From IMG/VR virus record IMGVR_UViG_3300009082_000959: 64,000 bases of DNA. The stretch is one strand, 5' to 3'. Origin of the DNA: a virus (Duplodnaviria; Caudoviricetes). Shown here piece by piece: positions 26,313 to 36,969 of the stretch. Below the pieces are notes generated by a model. It made no database searches. It was not told where the DNA came from and saw nothing but the letters and a program-made list of their open reading frames with translations. Both the position numbers and the translations under genes were made by a program. Position 1 is the first letter of the stretch, and each line of letters opens with the position of its first letter.

Positions 26313-29300
26313 ATGAGCGTTTTCCCAGATGACCTCGATTCCGATCTAGAAATTGCCAGAATCGAAAATAATGTTTCCGAAATTGGCGGTGATGTACTTA
26401 ATTCCTTGCGCGACGCTGTTTTTGCAATTCAGCGTGTGCTTGGTATTAATGCGCAAGGAAACAAACCAAGTTTAACAAGCCGCATTAATGTTTCTTTGGA
26501 TGCTGATGGTAATATAAAGCCAAGTTCTCTTGAAGGTATTGGTTTGGCGACCCTACCAATAACAAATTCACATGTTGGTGATAATGCAGCAGTACAAGAA
26601 TCAAAACTGGATCTTGATTTTGGGACACAATATTTAAAAAACCTCATAAGCTCTGCTCGTACCGATCTTGATGCCATCACTGCATCGGTTTCCTCACAGG
26701 GTTCTGGACTGAACCTTCATATTTTGGGCCTTGGCAATTATCACGACGGATATCATATAAAAATAAATAGCGGCACTCAAATTGGCGTCGCAGGTATGGC
26801 CTCTATCACAGTTGGTGACGCAATAAATGAATTAAGCACACGGTTGTTTTCTGGAAGCACAACAACAGAGCCACACATAGATTTAAACGTACCCTCAACA
26901 ACAAAACACGCAGCAAGCGGAATATCTGTTGATAGTTCTGATTTTGTCAGTATCGATCAGTCAATTTCCACTGTCCAAGGCGCAATAGATGCACTGGATT
27001 CTGGGTCAAATCTTTTAATAGAAAAGCATGTTGATGAGCTTCATGCCAACGGAATAATTAAAAATGTTCGATCATATGAGTTTTTTAATTCTGATCGTCG
27101 TTTGATTGGCCCAGTGAGTGGCGTTACTTATGCTTCTGGTGGAAGTGTTGTTACACTGACTGGAGAGACATCTCTATCATCTTATAAAATAAGTGTTGGG
27201 GATGTTTTAGTTATACACACTATGTCCGGTGTTCTGGATGTTGGAGCATTCCAAGTAAGAGCAATAGGTCCCTTAGCAGAAAGTGATACACTAGGTGATT
27301 TGCCCTCATTACTAGCAAATCAGGTTGCCGTATTTCATATTTTTTCTGAAACCAAGGCATCTGGTGACGGTGTTTCGGCGAGCATATACAAACCAGGACA
27401 AGTATCAAGTGAATATGCCCCATTGGCGTGCGGTATTAGACCGAACGAGACCATGGTTGATACAATTTCGGTTGTACGACCAGATGCGGCAAGGGTTGTT
27501 AGTGTTGGATTCAATGGCGCAATACTGGCTGCCGACGGATATGATGTAAAAATAAAAGTTGGTCTTGGAAATAGCACCTTCAGAGAGCTAATAATTACAG
27601 ATCTAAATTATGATAGGATTGGAACAAACAAATCGAATCCAGTAAATTCAGAACACGTTGCAGAACGAATTAATGCATTTGTGTCAGACCCAAATTCAGA
27701 AAATCACTTTCCCATTACAGCGGCAGGTGTTGGGAATGAACTAGTAATAGCACACGATTTGGTTGGTCCGGAATATACAATAGAAATTATGGAAGGATTT
27801 AATGGAAATTATCCGTTGGGTCTGGATGCATACGGAGCAGATGTCGCCGGAAATGTGGTTGTTGGAAACCTAAATTGTTTGTATAATATAAATGGAACCG
27901 GTATACGTTCAATTGCAACAAAGTTCACCGGAACTGCATCTATTAATTCTGCGACTGGAACCTTTTCTGTTTATAATAGTGACGGTCAGCTAATAAACCC
28001 ACTGAATTATGGAATTGGCCCAGGTTCTGTTATTCATATACTTGATCACCAGACCACAGAAACAAATGGTAGTTATACAGTATTGACCGCAACTACAACA
28101 TCTATTTCTGTATTTTTAGCAGAACAAATAGATGCGCCCACGTCACCTACCACATTTACGGTTGAGGCATACGAATCTCATGTGTCATTAAACTCAATTA
28201 GCGGGACAGAGACAGATAATGGAACTGTGCAAATATTTGTAGATGAGGATGGCAGAACACAAGTTCATCAAAGAATATCGTATGGAACAAGTTTTGGTTC
28301 TGCCTTTGAGATTGTATCTATATCAAATACTTTCCCAGAAGGAACATTTAGTATCTTAATTGACTCCGTTGGAAGTCTTTTGTCGTTCAATCTTCTTGAT
28401 GACTCATTCGCTGGTGATACCGTTTCCGTTGATGAAACATTTACTGGTGGATTCAAACTATATCACCCGAATGGCCTTGACTATATAACAATACATATAG
28501 AGGATGGGTCAGTGGTTGTTGGAACAGAAACACTAATTGTTTCTTCTGCCGCCAATGATGATTATTCTCTATTACTATGTACCGCGAATTTTAACGGTGA
28601 TATTGAAATAACCAATCTGGTTGACGGAAGATTATTTGGTAATATCGGGGCTGATCAAGTCCGCGATGATTTTATTGAAGTTTTTAGCCAGCTTCCCATT
28701 TCTGATTTAAGGTCCGATGGCGTTGTTCGTGGTTTCGATTTAGTTGCACTAACATATGCCGATGTGGTCACTGGAATGCAGGCACTACCTTTGCGTGGTG
28801 GCGTGGCATACGTAGATGGTGTAAGGGTGTCAGTAGAAACACAAAAAGTGATAGTGAATTCATTTAACGATGACGAAACCCTTATTAATGGTGATAGAAT
28901 AGTTGCCATTAATAACTTTGGATCAATTGAGGTTTTGCAGGATAGCATTGGAGAAATGCTGACAGATGGATATTACGCCAGTTCATCTCTTGGAAAGCTT
29001 CTGCCACTTTATAAGGTCTCCGTAGTAAATGGAGAAATATCAACCGTAATTGATATCAGAAGGTTTATAAACGACCTAGATAGTAAGTTGGATTTGGTTG
29101 TAGATGAAACAAATAATGTGGTGGGGAATTTTAGAAGCCTTGAGGGAGCACTTTTGTTTGCCGAAAGCTACCCAAACAGAGAGCACCTTACTGTTAGGAT
29201 TCTTAATTCCGTGCATCCGACTAGAAAGATTGTCGTTCCGAATGGAGTATCTTTGGTTGGAGGATTACCATTTGGCGGTGGCAGACACAAAATAATAAAT

Positions 29301-31424
29301 CAAAATAATCTTAATGCTGCCTTTATAGAGTTGGTCGGAAACAATTTCTTAAAAAATATAGAAATTTCCAGTTCAACGGCTGGTCTTCAGGGTCCATTAG
29401 TTAAGGTATCTGGATCAAATGTTGAAATAGATAATTGTTTAATTCAGTTCAATGACATAATTTCCAGTAATAGTGGAGACATTGGCATTGAGATAACAGC
29501 AGAGTCGGACATAGTAATAAGAGATACAAAAATAAACAATGTGTATATTGGTATATCTGGCACAACCGGCACAGATAATTTACTTATAAAAAATAATAGC
29601 ATTCTTGGTGTTTCTGGCGTTGGATTATCATATGCCGTGTATGTTGGTAGTAGTTCTCGCGAAATAGATAATTTAAATATAATAGGAAACACAATAGGTC
29701 TGGATAACACAGACAATACAGATTTGAGAGGAATATTTATTGACATTGGTGAGTCCATTGGAAAAGCAACAATATCTGGTAATAAAATTGTTGGTGAATT
29801 AAATGTCTTGTCTACCAACAATGTATCCAATGGTATAAGAATTATAAATACACTTGCGACAGGAAATGTTTTATCACAAGCAATAATACACGAAAACTAT
29901 ATAGAGAATGTTAAATTACTTGATAGTTCTGTGTTTGGAATTTATATTGAGGACGTAAGCAGGGTCTCAGTTTCTAACAATACTCTTGTAAATGTTGCAA
30001 CGTTTGGGGCACCTTACTCTGACACTGGATTTATTTGGATTGATGACTCTGTTGGAATTGTGGACGTTCACAATAACTTATTAAATATTGGAGAGGCGTT
30101 GCGCGGAATATATGTAAAGGGCACATCGACCATAACATCAATTCTCGGAAACACTTTGAGCCAAATTGGTGACGCAAATAATGCAACCAATTTGGCTCTC
30201 CCGTACTCTGCATATATTTTGGGCAATTCGGCTCGCGCAAGTGTTGTATCAAACACTTTTATTGGCCCAGGAGACTACGGTATTTGGTGGAAGGGAGAGA
30301 GATCAAAAATTTCAGGAAACCATTTTAGCACACCAGATAGCGCCACTAATTATGCCTTCAAAATAGGTATAAAAGCGCAGGCAAGCTATTTGGATATATC
30401 TGATAACATGTTGGTTGGGTTTACTGACACTGATTCAATGGGAATAGTAAACGTGAGCACAGCAAACGAAGGCGTAAGAATATCTAATAATACTATAGAT
30501 GGTGACGAAATGGCCAATCTAATAAAATTAAGTGGTGATTATCATGTAATTTCTGGAAATAGGCTTAAAAACTCTACACAATCGTCTGTTGGTGGCACAA
30601 CACAGTTCATTGAGTTTTCAAGTGATGCTGATAGTATATCTGTTGTTGGAAATACATTTGAGGGCAAAGGAACATCATTTATTTATTCAACCTATGCAAT
30701 AACAAATGCGTCAATTTTAAATAATACCATGTATGATGCGGGCGCGGCAATGCTAACTGGCGCACCAATTACGCTCAGCAGTGCGTCAGTAGCAGATTGT
30801 TTTATATCCGGGAATAAACTACCGGATATATCTCATTGCGGCGCTGAAAATACAATAGGTGCTTCTCCCTCACAATTTGATTATAATACTAATACCATAG
30901 GATTTAATAAGGGTTTATTAGATAGTATTAGTCTACATGCTTCAGCTGGTGTTACTGGATACGATTCAACGGTTTCTGGTGATGGAAAGCCGTTTTGGAC
31001 AATTGTGGATGGCGGAACATACTGGCAACTTAATAATACAGATAAAAATAATTGTTACTTGTATTTCCCAATAAATTGTTTACCAAATGGTTCTGTAATA
31101 AAATCAGCACAAATACAAGGCAGGTTCACAACACAGGCTGCGGCTGCATCTATTACGGCAAGAATATTTAAAAGAAGTGTTAATTTAATTGATACAAGTA
31201 GTCCAGTGCAACCCGTTAGTGACCCGATAACAATATCCATTAATGGTGAGTTTGTAAACACAACTTCTACCGGAACAATAGACGAAATATCTGGTGGTGA
31301 AATATCGGAAGTAATAAATTATAGTGAAAGTGCTTATTATGTGCAAATATACTATTTGTGTTCAAACACATCTTCTGCTTCCGGAATCCAAATAAGAGGA
31401 ATTACTGTTAATTTTAGACATTAA
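26313..31424 (+). CDS. Large virion fibre/tailspike with C-terminal parallel beta-helix
   Basis: MSVFPDDLDSDLEIARIENNVSEI start, paralogous blocks to 23245, and a right-handed beta-helix repeat region (I.I.NN.I..) in the C-terminal about 650 aa. Confidence 0.85.
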   Translation: MSVFPDDLDSDLEIARIENNVSEIGGDVLNSLRDAVFAIQRVLGINAQGNKPSLTSRINVSLDADGNIKPSSLEGIGLATLPITNSHVGDNAAVQESKLDLDFGTQYLKNLISSARTDLDAITASVSSQGSGLNLHILGLGNYHDGYHIKINSGTQIGVAGMASITVGDAINELSTRLFSGSTTTEPHIDLNVPSTTKHAASGISVDSSDFVSIDQSISTVQGAIDALDSGSNLLIEKHVDELHANGIIKNVRSYEFFNSDRRLIGPVSGVTYASGGSVVTLTGETSLSSYKISVGDVLVIHTMSGVLDVGAFQVRAIGPLAESDTLGDLPSLLANQVAVFHIFSETKASGDGVSASIYKPGQVSSEYAPLACGIRPNETMVDTISVVRPDAARVVSVGFNGAILAADGYDVKIKVGLGNSTFRELIITDLNYDRIGTNKSNPVNSEHVAERINAFVSDPNSENHFPITAAGVGNELVIAHDLVGPEYTIEIMEGFNGNYPLGLDAYGADVAGNVVVGNLNCLYNINGTGIRSIATKFTGTASINSATGTFSVYNSDGQLINPLNYGIGPGSVIHILDHQTTETNGSYTVLTATTTSISVFLAEQIDAPTSPTTFTVEAYESHVSLNSISGTETDNGTVQIFVDEDGRTQVHQRISYGTSFGSAFEIVSISNTFPEGTFSILIDSVGSLLSFNLLDDSFAGDTVSVDETFTGGFKLYHPNGLDYITIHIEDGSVVVGTETLIVSSAANDDYSLLLCTANFNGDIEITNLVDGRLFGNIGADQVRDDFIEVFSQLPISDLRSDGVVRGFDLVALTYADVVTGMQALPLRGGVAYVDGVRVSVETQKVIVNSFNDDETLINGDRIVAINNFGSIEVLQDSIGEMLTDGYYASSSLGKLLPLYKVSVVNGEISTVIDIRRFINDLDSKLDLVVDETNNVVGNFRSLEGALLFAESYPNREHLTVRILNSVHPTRKIVVPNGVSLVGGLPFGGGRHKIINQNNLNAAFIELVGNNFLKNIEISSSTAGLQGPLVKVSGSNVEIDNCLIQFNDIISSNSGDIGIEITAESDIVIRDTKINNVYIGISGTTGTDNLLIKNNSILGVSGVGLSYAVYVGSSSREIDNLNIIGNTIGLDNTDNTDLRGIFIDIGESIGKATISGNKIVGELNVLSTNNVSNGIRIINTLATGNVLSQAIIHENYIENVKLLDSSVFGIYIEDVSRVSVSNNTLVNVATFGAPYSDTGFIWIDDSVGIVDVHNNLLNIGEALRGIYVKGTSTITSILGNTLSQIGDANNATNLALPYSAYILGNSARASVVSNTFIGPGDYGIWWKGERSKISGNHFSTPDSATNYAFKIGIKAQASYLDISDNMLVGFTDTDSMGIVNVSTANEGVRISNNTIDGDEMANLIKLSGDYHVISGNRLKNSTQSSVGGTTQFIEFSSDADSISVVGNTFEGKGTSFIYSTYAITNASILNNTMYDAGAAMLTGAPITLSSASVADCFISGNKLPDISHCGAENTIGASPSQFDYNTNTIGFNKGLLDSISLHASAGVTGYDSTVSGDGKPFWTIVDGGTYWQLNNTDKNNCYLYFPINCLPNGSVIKSAQIQGRFTTQAAAASITARIFKRSVNLIDTSSPVQPVSDPITISINGEFVNTTSTGTIDEISGGEISEVINYSESAYYVQIYYLCSNTSSASGIQIRGITVNFRH

Positions 31425-31435
31425 GAGAGGAATAT

Positions 31436-31930
31436 ATGGCCGAAAGAAGTGGAATAGAAATGTTGGAAGAAATACTTTTTAAAATATCACAATTAGAGTC
31501 CCAGATTTCTGGCATTGATAAAAATATTAAGTCCTTATTAAATACCTCAAAAAACGGTGCAATAAAAAATAAACCAGAAATTAGTGTGGCCCAACCGAAT
31601 ACAGGACCGGTTTCTGGGTTTAAGAATTTTTCTTTTCAGCCAGAGCAAACAGAACCAATAATTATGGTTAAAGGAAAATTAAAATTAAGCAGCGGAAACT
31701 CAACAATTCCTATTTCTGGTGTGTCTGTTACTATTTATGATTCATTTGACAAGGTGGTAAAAAAGACCAAAACAAATAGAGCAGGACAATGGATGAGTCA
31801 GCTTAAACCCGGAAAATATGTTGCACTTTTTGAAGGAGAGGCTAATGGTAAAAAACTACTCCCTCAAAACAAGAACTTTATAGTTCCACAAACATTACCT
31901 GCTGGGCAAACAGAGTTTGAAGTAATATAA
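31436..31930 (+). CDS. Hypothetical protein, coiled coil plus carboxypeptidase-regulatory/transthyretin-like beta domain
   Basis: N-terminal heptads followed by VKGKL...ISGVSVTIYD...KTKTNRAGQW...LKPGKY. Confidence 0.7.
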   Translation: MAERSGIEMLEEILFKISQLESQISGIDKNIKSLLNTSKNGAIKNKPEISVAQPNTGPVSGFKNFSFQPEQTEPIIMVKGKLKLSSGNSTIPISGVSVTIYDSFDKVVKKTKTNRAGQWMSQLKPGKYVALFEGEANGKKLLPQNKNFIVPQTLPAGQTEFEVI

Positions 31931-31944
31931 AATTGGAGTTTTAA

Positions 31945-32724
31945 ATGGTTCAACCTTACTCACATAGAGTACTTTCAGACATCTTCGGCCTAGAATCGGT
32001 TGTATCGGACATAGGCGTAGTTGCTGGGAAAAATATACTAATTGATCACTTAAGAGATATATTTTCCAGAGATAGAGAATATCGATTTTTGAGCGATGAT
32101 TTCGGTTTTCCGAAAACACCTAGCCATCTTGGTTTGTCTCCTGGCGCTGGCCTTGATGACGAAGAAACTACTCGTATTTTCATTGGTGGAACTTTTCGCT
32201 ACGACGTAAAGTTTAACCCATCACTGATCATAAAAAACACCGGAAGTAGGTATATACCAATTTCCTTCAACCAAAACTTATTGGGAATTATTAATACAAA
32301 AGAAATAATTACAGATGGTTACGGAAATAGTGCTACGATATACACTCCCGCCTATCATACTTTGGTCGGCGCCTGGGACCAAACATTTGAGGTAAAGGTT
32401 GTAGCAGAAAGTGAAACAGATAGAGAAGAAATATCAGACATTGTACAGGTGACTTTGATGGGAACCAGAAGATTAGATTTACAAAATGCTGGGCTTTTTA
32501 TAAAATCTCTTTCAACGTCTGGTGAGCACGAAGAAAAATATGCAAATGATTACTTGTATTCTGTGTCTATTAACATAGATGCACGTAGTGAGTGGAAAGT
32601 GCACATTCCAATAAGTGATGTGGTAGAAAGAATTGGTGTTTGTTTGACATTTAGTGCCTTGGGAGGAGAGACTGCCGATGCACTAACTATAAATCAACAA
32701 ATAACAATGGCAGATACTTTGTAA
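31945..32724 (+). CDS. Putative tail terminator/completion protein
   Basis: Position directly before the sheath gene, size and alpha/beta pattern fit this role. Inference from synteny. Confidence 0.55.
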   Translation: MVQPYSHRVLSDIFGLESVVSDIGVVAGKNILIDHLRDIFSRDREYRFLSDDFGFPKTPSHLGLSPGAGLDDEETTRIFIGGTFRYDVKFNPSLIIKNTGSRYIPISFNQNLLGIINTKEIITDGYGNSATIYTPAYHTLVGAWDQTFEVKVVAESETDREEISDIVQVTLMGTRRLDLQNAGLFIKSLSTSGEHEEKYANDYLYSVSINIDARSEWKVHIPISDVVERIGVCLTFSALGGETADALTINQQITMADTL

Positions 32725-32732
32725 TGAAATAA

Positions 32733-32748
32733 AAAATCTATCAATATT
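32733..32748 (+). promoter_or_regulatory. Candidate late-promoter motif AAAATCTATCAATATT upstream of the sheath gene
   Basis: 14/16 match to 8761-8776. Confidence 0.4.
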
Positions 32749-32761
32749 ATTGGATTAAATG

Positions 32762-32820
32762 TAAGGTGAGCCCTATTCGGAGTTTGCTTGGGCCTCCTTA
32801 ATAGATCCGATTAATAGGAG
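32762..32820 (+). promoter_or_regulatory. Structured 5' leader of the sheath gene with competing helices around the SD
   Basis: TAAGG/CCTTA plus GCCC/GGGC; CCTATT/AATAGG plus TCGGA/TCCGA; CTCC/GGAG plus TTAAT/ATTAA. Confidence 0.5.
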
Positions 32821-32829
32821 ACTAAAAGA

Positions 32830-35400
32830 ATGGCCAATTTACCAGGTATTTCGGGTTACACACGCCCAGGAACCTATTCCAGAGTGCGAACAATTCGTCG
32901 CGGCGTAAGTATTCCCGGAGGTTTACGGATTCTGGCTATAATAGGCTTGGGTCAAGCCGAAGAGAGTATTATTTTGAGTGCCGAAGGCGGTGGGGCTGAT
33001 GGAGTAAATCCAGATTTCTCTGGTTCAACTGCTCCTGATGGTAGGCACTTTGAGCTGTCAAAAACTGATTTAATATCAGCGAGAACTGATATCTACAAAA
33101 ACAATATTCCCTTAACCGGAATTGAAGAAACAATTGATACCGACCCATTCGATAATAGATACGATTATCGCCTTGAACCATCTACCGGAAGAATAGAGCT
33201 TCAAAGAGCGCATTTAGTTGATCAGGGCGGTATGTATGCTCCTCCTAGTACCGCGAATGTTGGTAATGGTTCTATGTCTACAATAGAACTTATTGACGCA
33301 AATGCTCCAGCAGAAACATGGACGTTTAGGGCAACAAGCGTTATACGCGATGCTTACGGCGATCCAATTCCAGATGTAACCGTGTTTACTGCCATCGGAT
33401 CCGTATCTGGACAACCAGTGGATGCCTACGGCGCTCCGGTTGTATTTATAAGCGACGGAGTTGTAAGGGATAACGGTATCCTGCGCGTTGCAATAACAGA
33501 GGGTGCTACCGCCTTTGATCGCGGTGATAGGTTCACAGTAAAGGTTACTAGTGGTGTTCTTAAAAAGGGCGAATCACTTGATGCTCGATATATTGCGACA
33601 GAGGACCTTAATGATCCAGAGTTATTTACTGATGCAAACAAATTATACATAAAACACGGCAGACCGTCTGTTACAAACACTTTGTCTTTAGGCGCAGAAC
33701 TTGCCTTTGCTAATGGAGCATTTGCGGTATTGGCCCTTCAAGCAAAGCCGCCGCTGCCACGAAGAACTTCTGAAGTATTGTTGGAATCCGATAATCCATT
33801 AACTGTCGCTACAGAAGGTTTTCCCACCGTTGGTACACCAGTTGCGTCAGCAGACATAGATGCCTTCAGATACACACTTAATGGCGTTCCTGATTCAGAT
33901 ACTTCGGTTAATATTATGGTCATTGATCGCGAAACTGCGGATGAAACACAGATATTTCCAACAAAGGTTGCGTTCTACAATTCTGGTATTACATCTGATC
34001 CTTACAGCGGGTTTATTGATAATGCACAATACACCTACAGTTATACCATTATATTGGATGGTCAGGTTGAGGACGAGGGACATGATGGAGAAGTAACACT
34101 TGGTGGATTTACTTTTACGGCTGATTCCGCTTCGTTTGCTGCCTATAATATTGATGTTGGTGAATATGATACACTGAAGAAGCTACGTATTTTGCCATTT
34201 GATCGTTATGGAAACAATGTTAGTGCTGTTGCAGGAGAATATACTATTTCTGCAGTTGGTGACAGTTTTGGTGATGATACCATTATAACCGTCACTTCAG
34301 CGTCTTTGGTTGGAAGTTCTGGTTGGACAGCAACAGAAACTGATTTAAGATGGGAATTAGTAGATGACGCAGATACTTCTGCTAGACTGCTTCTTACTTC
34401 TGACCTATACACTGGCGGAGCAATCAGGGTGAGAGATGGCCTAAGGTGTTCGTACATTGACGTAGACGACGCAGACTTCTTTGATACAAATTGGGCCACC
34501 GCTCTTGAGGCACTTGAGGCCGTGAATTGCCAAATGGTAGTTCCACTTCCTGATAGTGCTTTCAGTGCAATTCAACAGGCTACGGTGGCACACTGCGAGC
34601 TTATGTCAAATACGGCCAACCAACGCGAAAGAGTTTGTTTGATTGGTGCACCTATGGGTGTAACTAATGCCGCGTTGGCAGGAAGAGAATTGGTTGCTGT
34701 TGAAGACATTGGAGTAATAGAGGGACTACAGGGTGACGACGCCGAGGAAGTTTTGGCTGGCAACATAGAGGACCTTCAGGACTACGATGTTGCAACTAAT
34801 TTTGGAACTACCTTTAGAGCTATTTATTTCTGGCCAGATGAAATAATTAGGACGATAAATGGCACTAACACAACAATTCATGGTTTTTACCAAGCAGCTG
34901 CTGCTGGTGGGTTGCTGGCATCTGAGCCAAATGTTGCACGACCACTAACAAGAAAAATTTTAACTGGCTTTAGTATTCTTCGTAGTAAAATACTACGCCC
35001 AGTGTTGCTTAATGAACTTGGAAACAATGGTGTTGCGGTTGTTCAGCCAGTAACAGGCGGTGGGCAAATTGTTCATGGTAAAACCACAACTTCAAGTGCA
35101 TCACCAGAAGAAGAGGAATTATCAATAGTTTTCATTAGAGATCGCACTGCAACCGTTTTGCGATCAGTATTACAGGGGTTTATAGGGCAACCTGAAGACA
35201 AGTCATTAATTGCGTCTATAACGTCACAGGTAACAAAGACATTAAATGCACTTATGTCACAAGGATTACTAAGTGCATATAGAAACCTGAGTGTTGCGCG
35301 AGATGATGTCGATCCAAGGCAATTTAATATATCTGTTGAAGTACAACCAGTATATCCTATCAATTGGATATTTATTGATGTCAGTGTTGGTTTAATATAA
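32830..35400 (+). CDS. Contractile tail sheath protein
   Basis: N-terminal LPGISGYTRPGTYSR, C-terminal sheath domain (SNTANQRERVCLIG, LSIVFIRDR, SVARDDVDPRQFNISVEVQPVYPINWIFIDVSV). Confidence 0.95.
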   Translation: MANLPGISGYTRPGTYSRVRTIRRGVSIPGGLRILAIIGLGQAEESIILSAEGGGADGVNPDFSGSTAPDGRHFELSKTDLISARTDIYKNNIPLTGIEETIDTDPFDNRYDYRLEPSTGRIELQRAHLVDQGGMYAPPSTANVGNGSMSTIELIDANAPAETWTFRATSVIRDAYGDPIPDVTVFTAIGSVSGQPVDAYGAPVVFISDGVVRDNGILRVAITEGATAFDRGDRFTVKVTSGVLKKGESLDARYIATEDLNDPELFTDANKLYIKHGRPSVTNTLSLGAELAFANGAFAVLALQAKPPLPRRTSEVLLESDNPLTVATEGFPTVGTPVASADIDAFRYTLNGVPDSDTSVNIMVIDRETADETQIFPTKVAFYNSGITSDPYSGFIDNAQYTYSYTIILDGQVEDEGHDGEVTLGGFTFTADSASFAAYNIDVGEYDTLKKLRILPFDRYGNNVSAVAGEYTISAVGDSFGDDTIITVTSASLVGSSGWTATETDLRWELVDDADTSARLLLTSDLYTGGAIRVRDGLRCSYIDVDDADFFDTNWATALEALEAVNCQMVVPLPDSAFSAIQQATVAHCELMSNTANQRERVCLIGAPMGVTNAALAGRELVAVEDIGVIEGLQGDDAEEVLAGNIEDLQDYDVATNFGTTFRAIYFWPDEIIRTINGTNTTIHGFYQAAAAGGLLASEPNVARPLTRKILTGFSILRSKILRPVLLNELGNNGVAVVQPVTGGGQIVHGKTTTSSASPEEEELSIVFIRDRTATVLRSVLQGFIGQPEDKSLIASITSQVTKTLNALMSQGLLSAYRNLSVARDDVDPRQFNISVEVQPVYPINWIFIDVSVGLI

Positions 35401-35403
35401 TAA

Positions 35404-36213
35404 ATGAAAACAGAAAGGGGCCAGCAACGACCCGACATAAACAATGAAATAGTGGTTAGCTTATACGACAACGGTAGGCTAACCATGAAAGAAGTTGGTG
35501 CGATACTTGGAATATCATCTGATTCGGTTTTAAATAGACTGCATGGTGTTGGAATAAGACTTCACACGCGGCACAAAATAAATCATGATGTGTTTAATAT
35601 TCCAAGCAAAGAAGGTTGTTATTGGGGAGGGTTTATAGCGGCCGATGGATGTATAAATAACAAAAAAACTGTGGTAACTGTAGAGCTTCAACGATCCGAC
35701 AAAAAACATCTTGAAAAATTGTGTTTATTTGTTGGGAGAGACAATAAAACGTGGAACAGAGAAAGAATTAGGGGTAATAAACGTTTAAAGTATTCTACTA
35801 TTTCGGTTGTTTCTAAAAAGATTGTCTCTGACCTTGAGGTTAATTTTAATATAGTTCCTCGAAAATCTATGGTTTTAGACAAACCAAATATACCGGCAAA
35901 TTGTGTGAATCATTTTATTCGTGGATATATAGATGGAGATGGACACATAGGTTGGCATAACGGTGCTCCAAGAATAAATGTGGTATCTGGTTCTAAAAAA
36001 ATATTATACTGGATTAGGGACGAAATAGTTAGTGGTGTCAGTGGGACATTTTGTCCAGCAATTCTTGCAAGACACAACGGCAGTACTCTTTCCATAGAGT
36101 TTGGCGGAAAGAATTCTTATAATATTATCGAATGGTTATATAGTGATTCTACAGAAAGCACCAGATTAGAAAGAAAATTCGAAAGAATTACAGAATACTT
36201 AAATAAGAGGTAA
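35404..36213 (+). mobile_element. Free-standing LAGLIDADG homing endonuclease with N-terminal HTH, between sheath and tube
   Basis: YWGGFIAADG and FIRGYIDGDG motifs, N-terminal LTMKEVGAILGISSDSVLNRL helix-turn-helix. Confidence 0.9.
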
Positions 36214-36219
36214 ATAAAA

Positions 36220-36861
36220 ATGACAGACTTTCTATCAGCAAGTGGTTTTCCTAGCACTGGAACCAATATCAATGCAGGGCACCGAACAAACTCTGGCCTT
36301 TCTACCCAGATTATTATAAAGGTTTTTAATAGTCCGGTTGGTGCACTTCAAGAATTAACAGCATCCCAAAATAGGCCATTAACTAGAATAAAAGAAATAG
36401 GTACAGACGGAAATATAGAGATTGTTCCGAGTAGTGCTACTGACTTTAGCTTAAGCGTTCGCAGAATAGTGTTTGATCAATTGCGATTACCAGAATCATT
36501 TTCTCGTGGATTTAGATTCATTAATTCACAAAGAATTCCATTTGATATAGACATAATAGATGTCAGTGGAACTGAACCAAATGTATCCGATGATGATGGC
36601 AACAAGGTTATAATGACGTATAAAAATTGTTGGTTTACCAGATACGATACGCCGTACTCTGCCGATAACTACATCATAACAGAAACTGCAGAAATTTGGT
36701 GTGAAACAGCCTATGCAGTTCAGCTTGGAAGAGATGGTTCCTTACGCCCTGTGGAACGCCAGGTTGATAGTGGTGGTGTCGAGGCAGAGGTTAATTCTGG
36801 ACGTCGTCTTGGATCAATGGATGCAGCTGGTCTTTTGAATTCTTTGTTCAGCGGTGAATAA
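36220..36861 (+). CDS. Tail tube protein
   Basis: Follows the sheath. Tube-fold pattern (VGALQELT...EIGTDG..EIVP...LSVRR; YKNCWFTRY...ITETAEIWCE). Confidence 0.9.
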   Translation: MTDFLSASGFPSTGTNINAGHRTNSGLSTQIIIKVFNSPVGALQELTASQNRPLTRIKEIGTDGNIEIVPSSATDFSLSVRRIVFDQLRLPESFSRGFRFINSQRIPFDIDIIDVSGTEPNVSDDDGNKVIMTYKNCWFTRYDTPYSADNYIITETAEIWCETAYAVQLGRDGSLRPVERQVDSGGVEAEVNSGRRLGSMDAAGLLNSLFSGE

Positions 36862-36934
36862 TTTATAAAGCACAGTTAATGAAAGACAATTTAGCCACCC
36901 TCTTTTTTCTCCCCCGTTTTATTATTTATAATCA

Positions 36935-36969
36935 TATGGTGCTTATTTTACTAGGCACCATACTTTTCT
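36935..36969 (+). terminator. Putative intrinsic terminator/attenuator after the tube gene
   Basis: TATGGTGC/GCACCATA stem, extendable to 11 bp with one G-U pair, followed by a short CTTTTCT tract. Confidence 0.55.
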
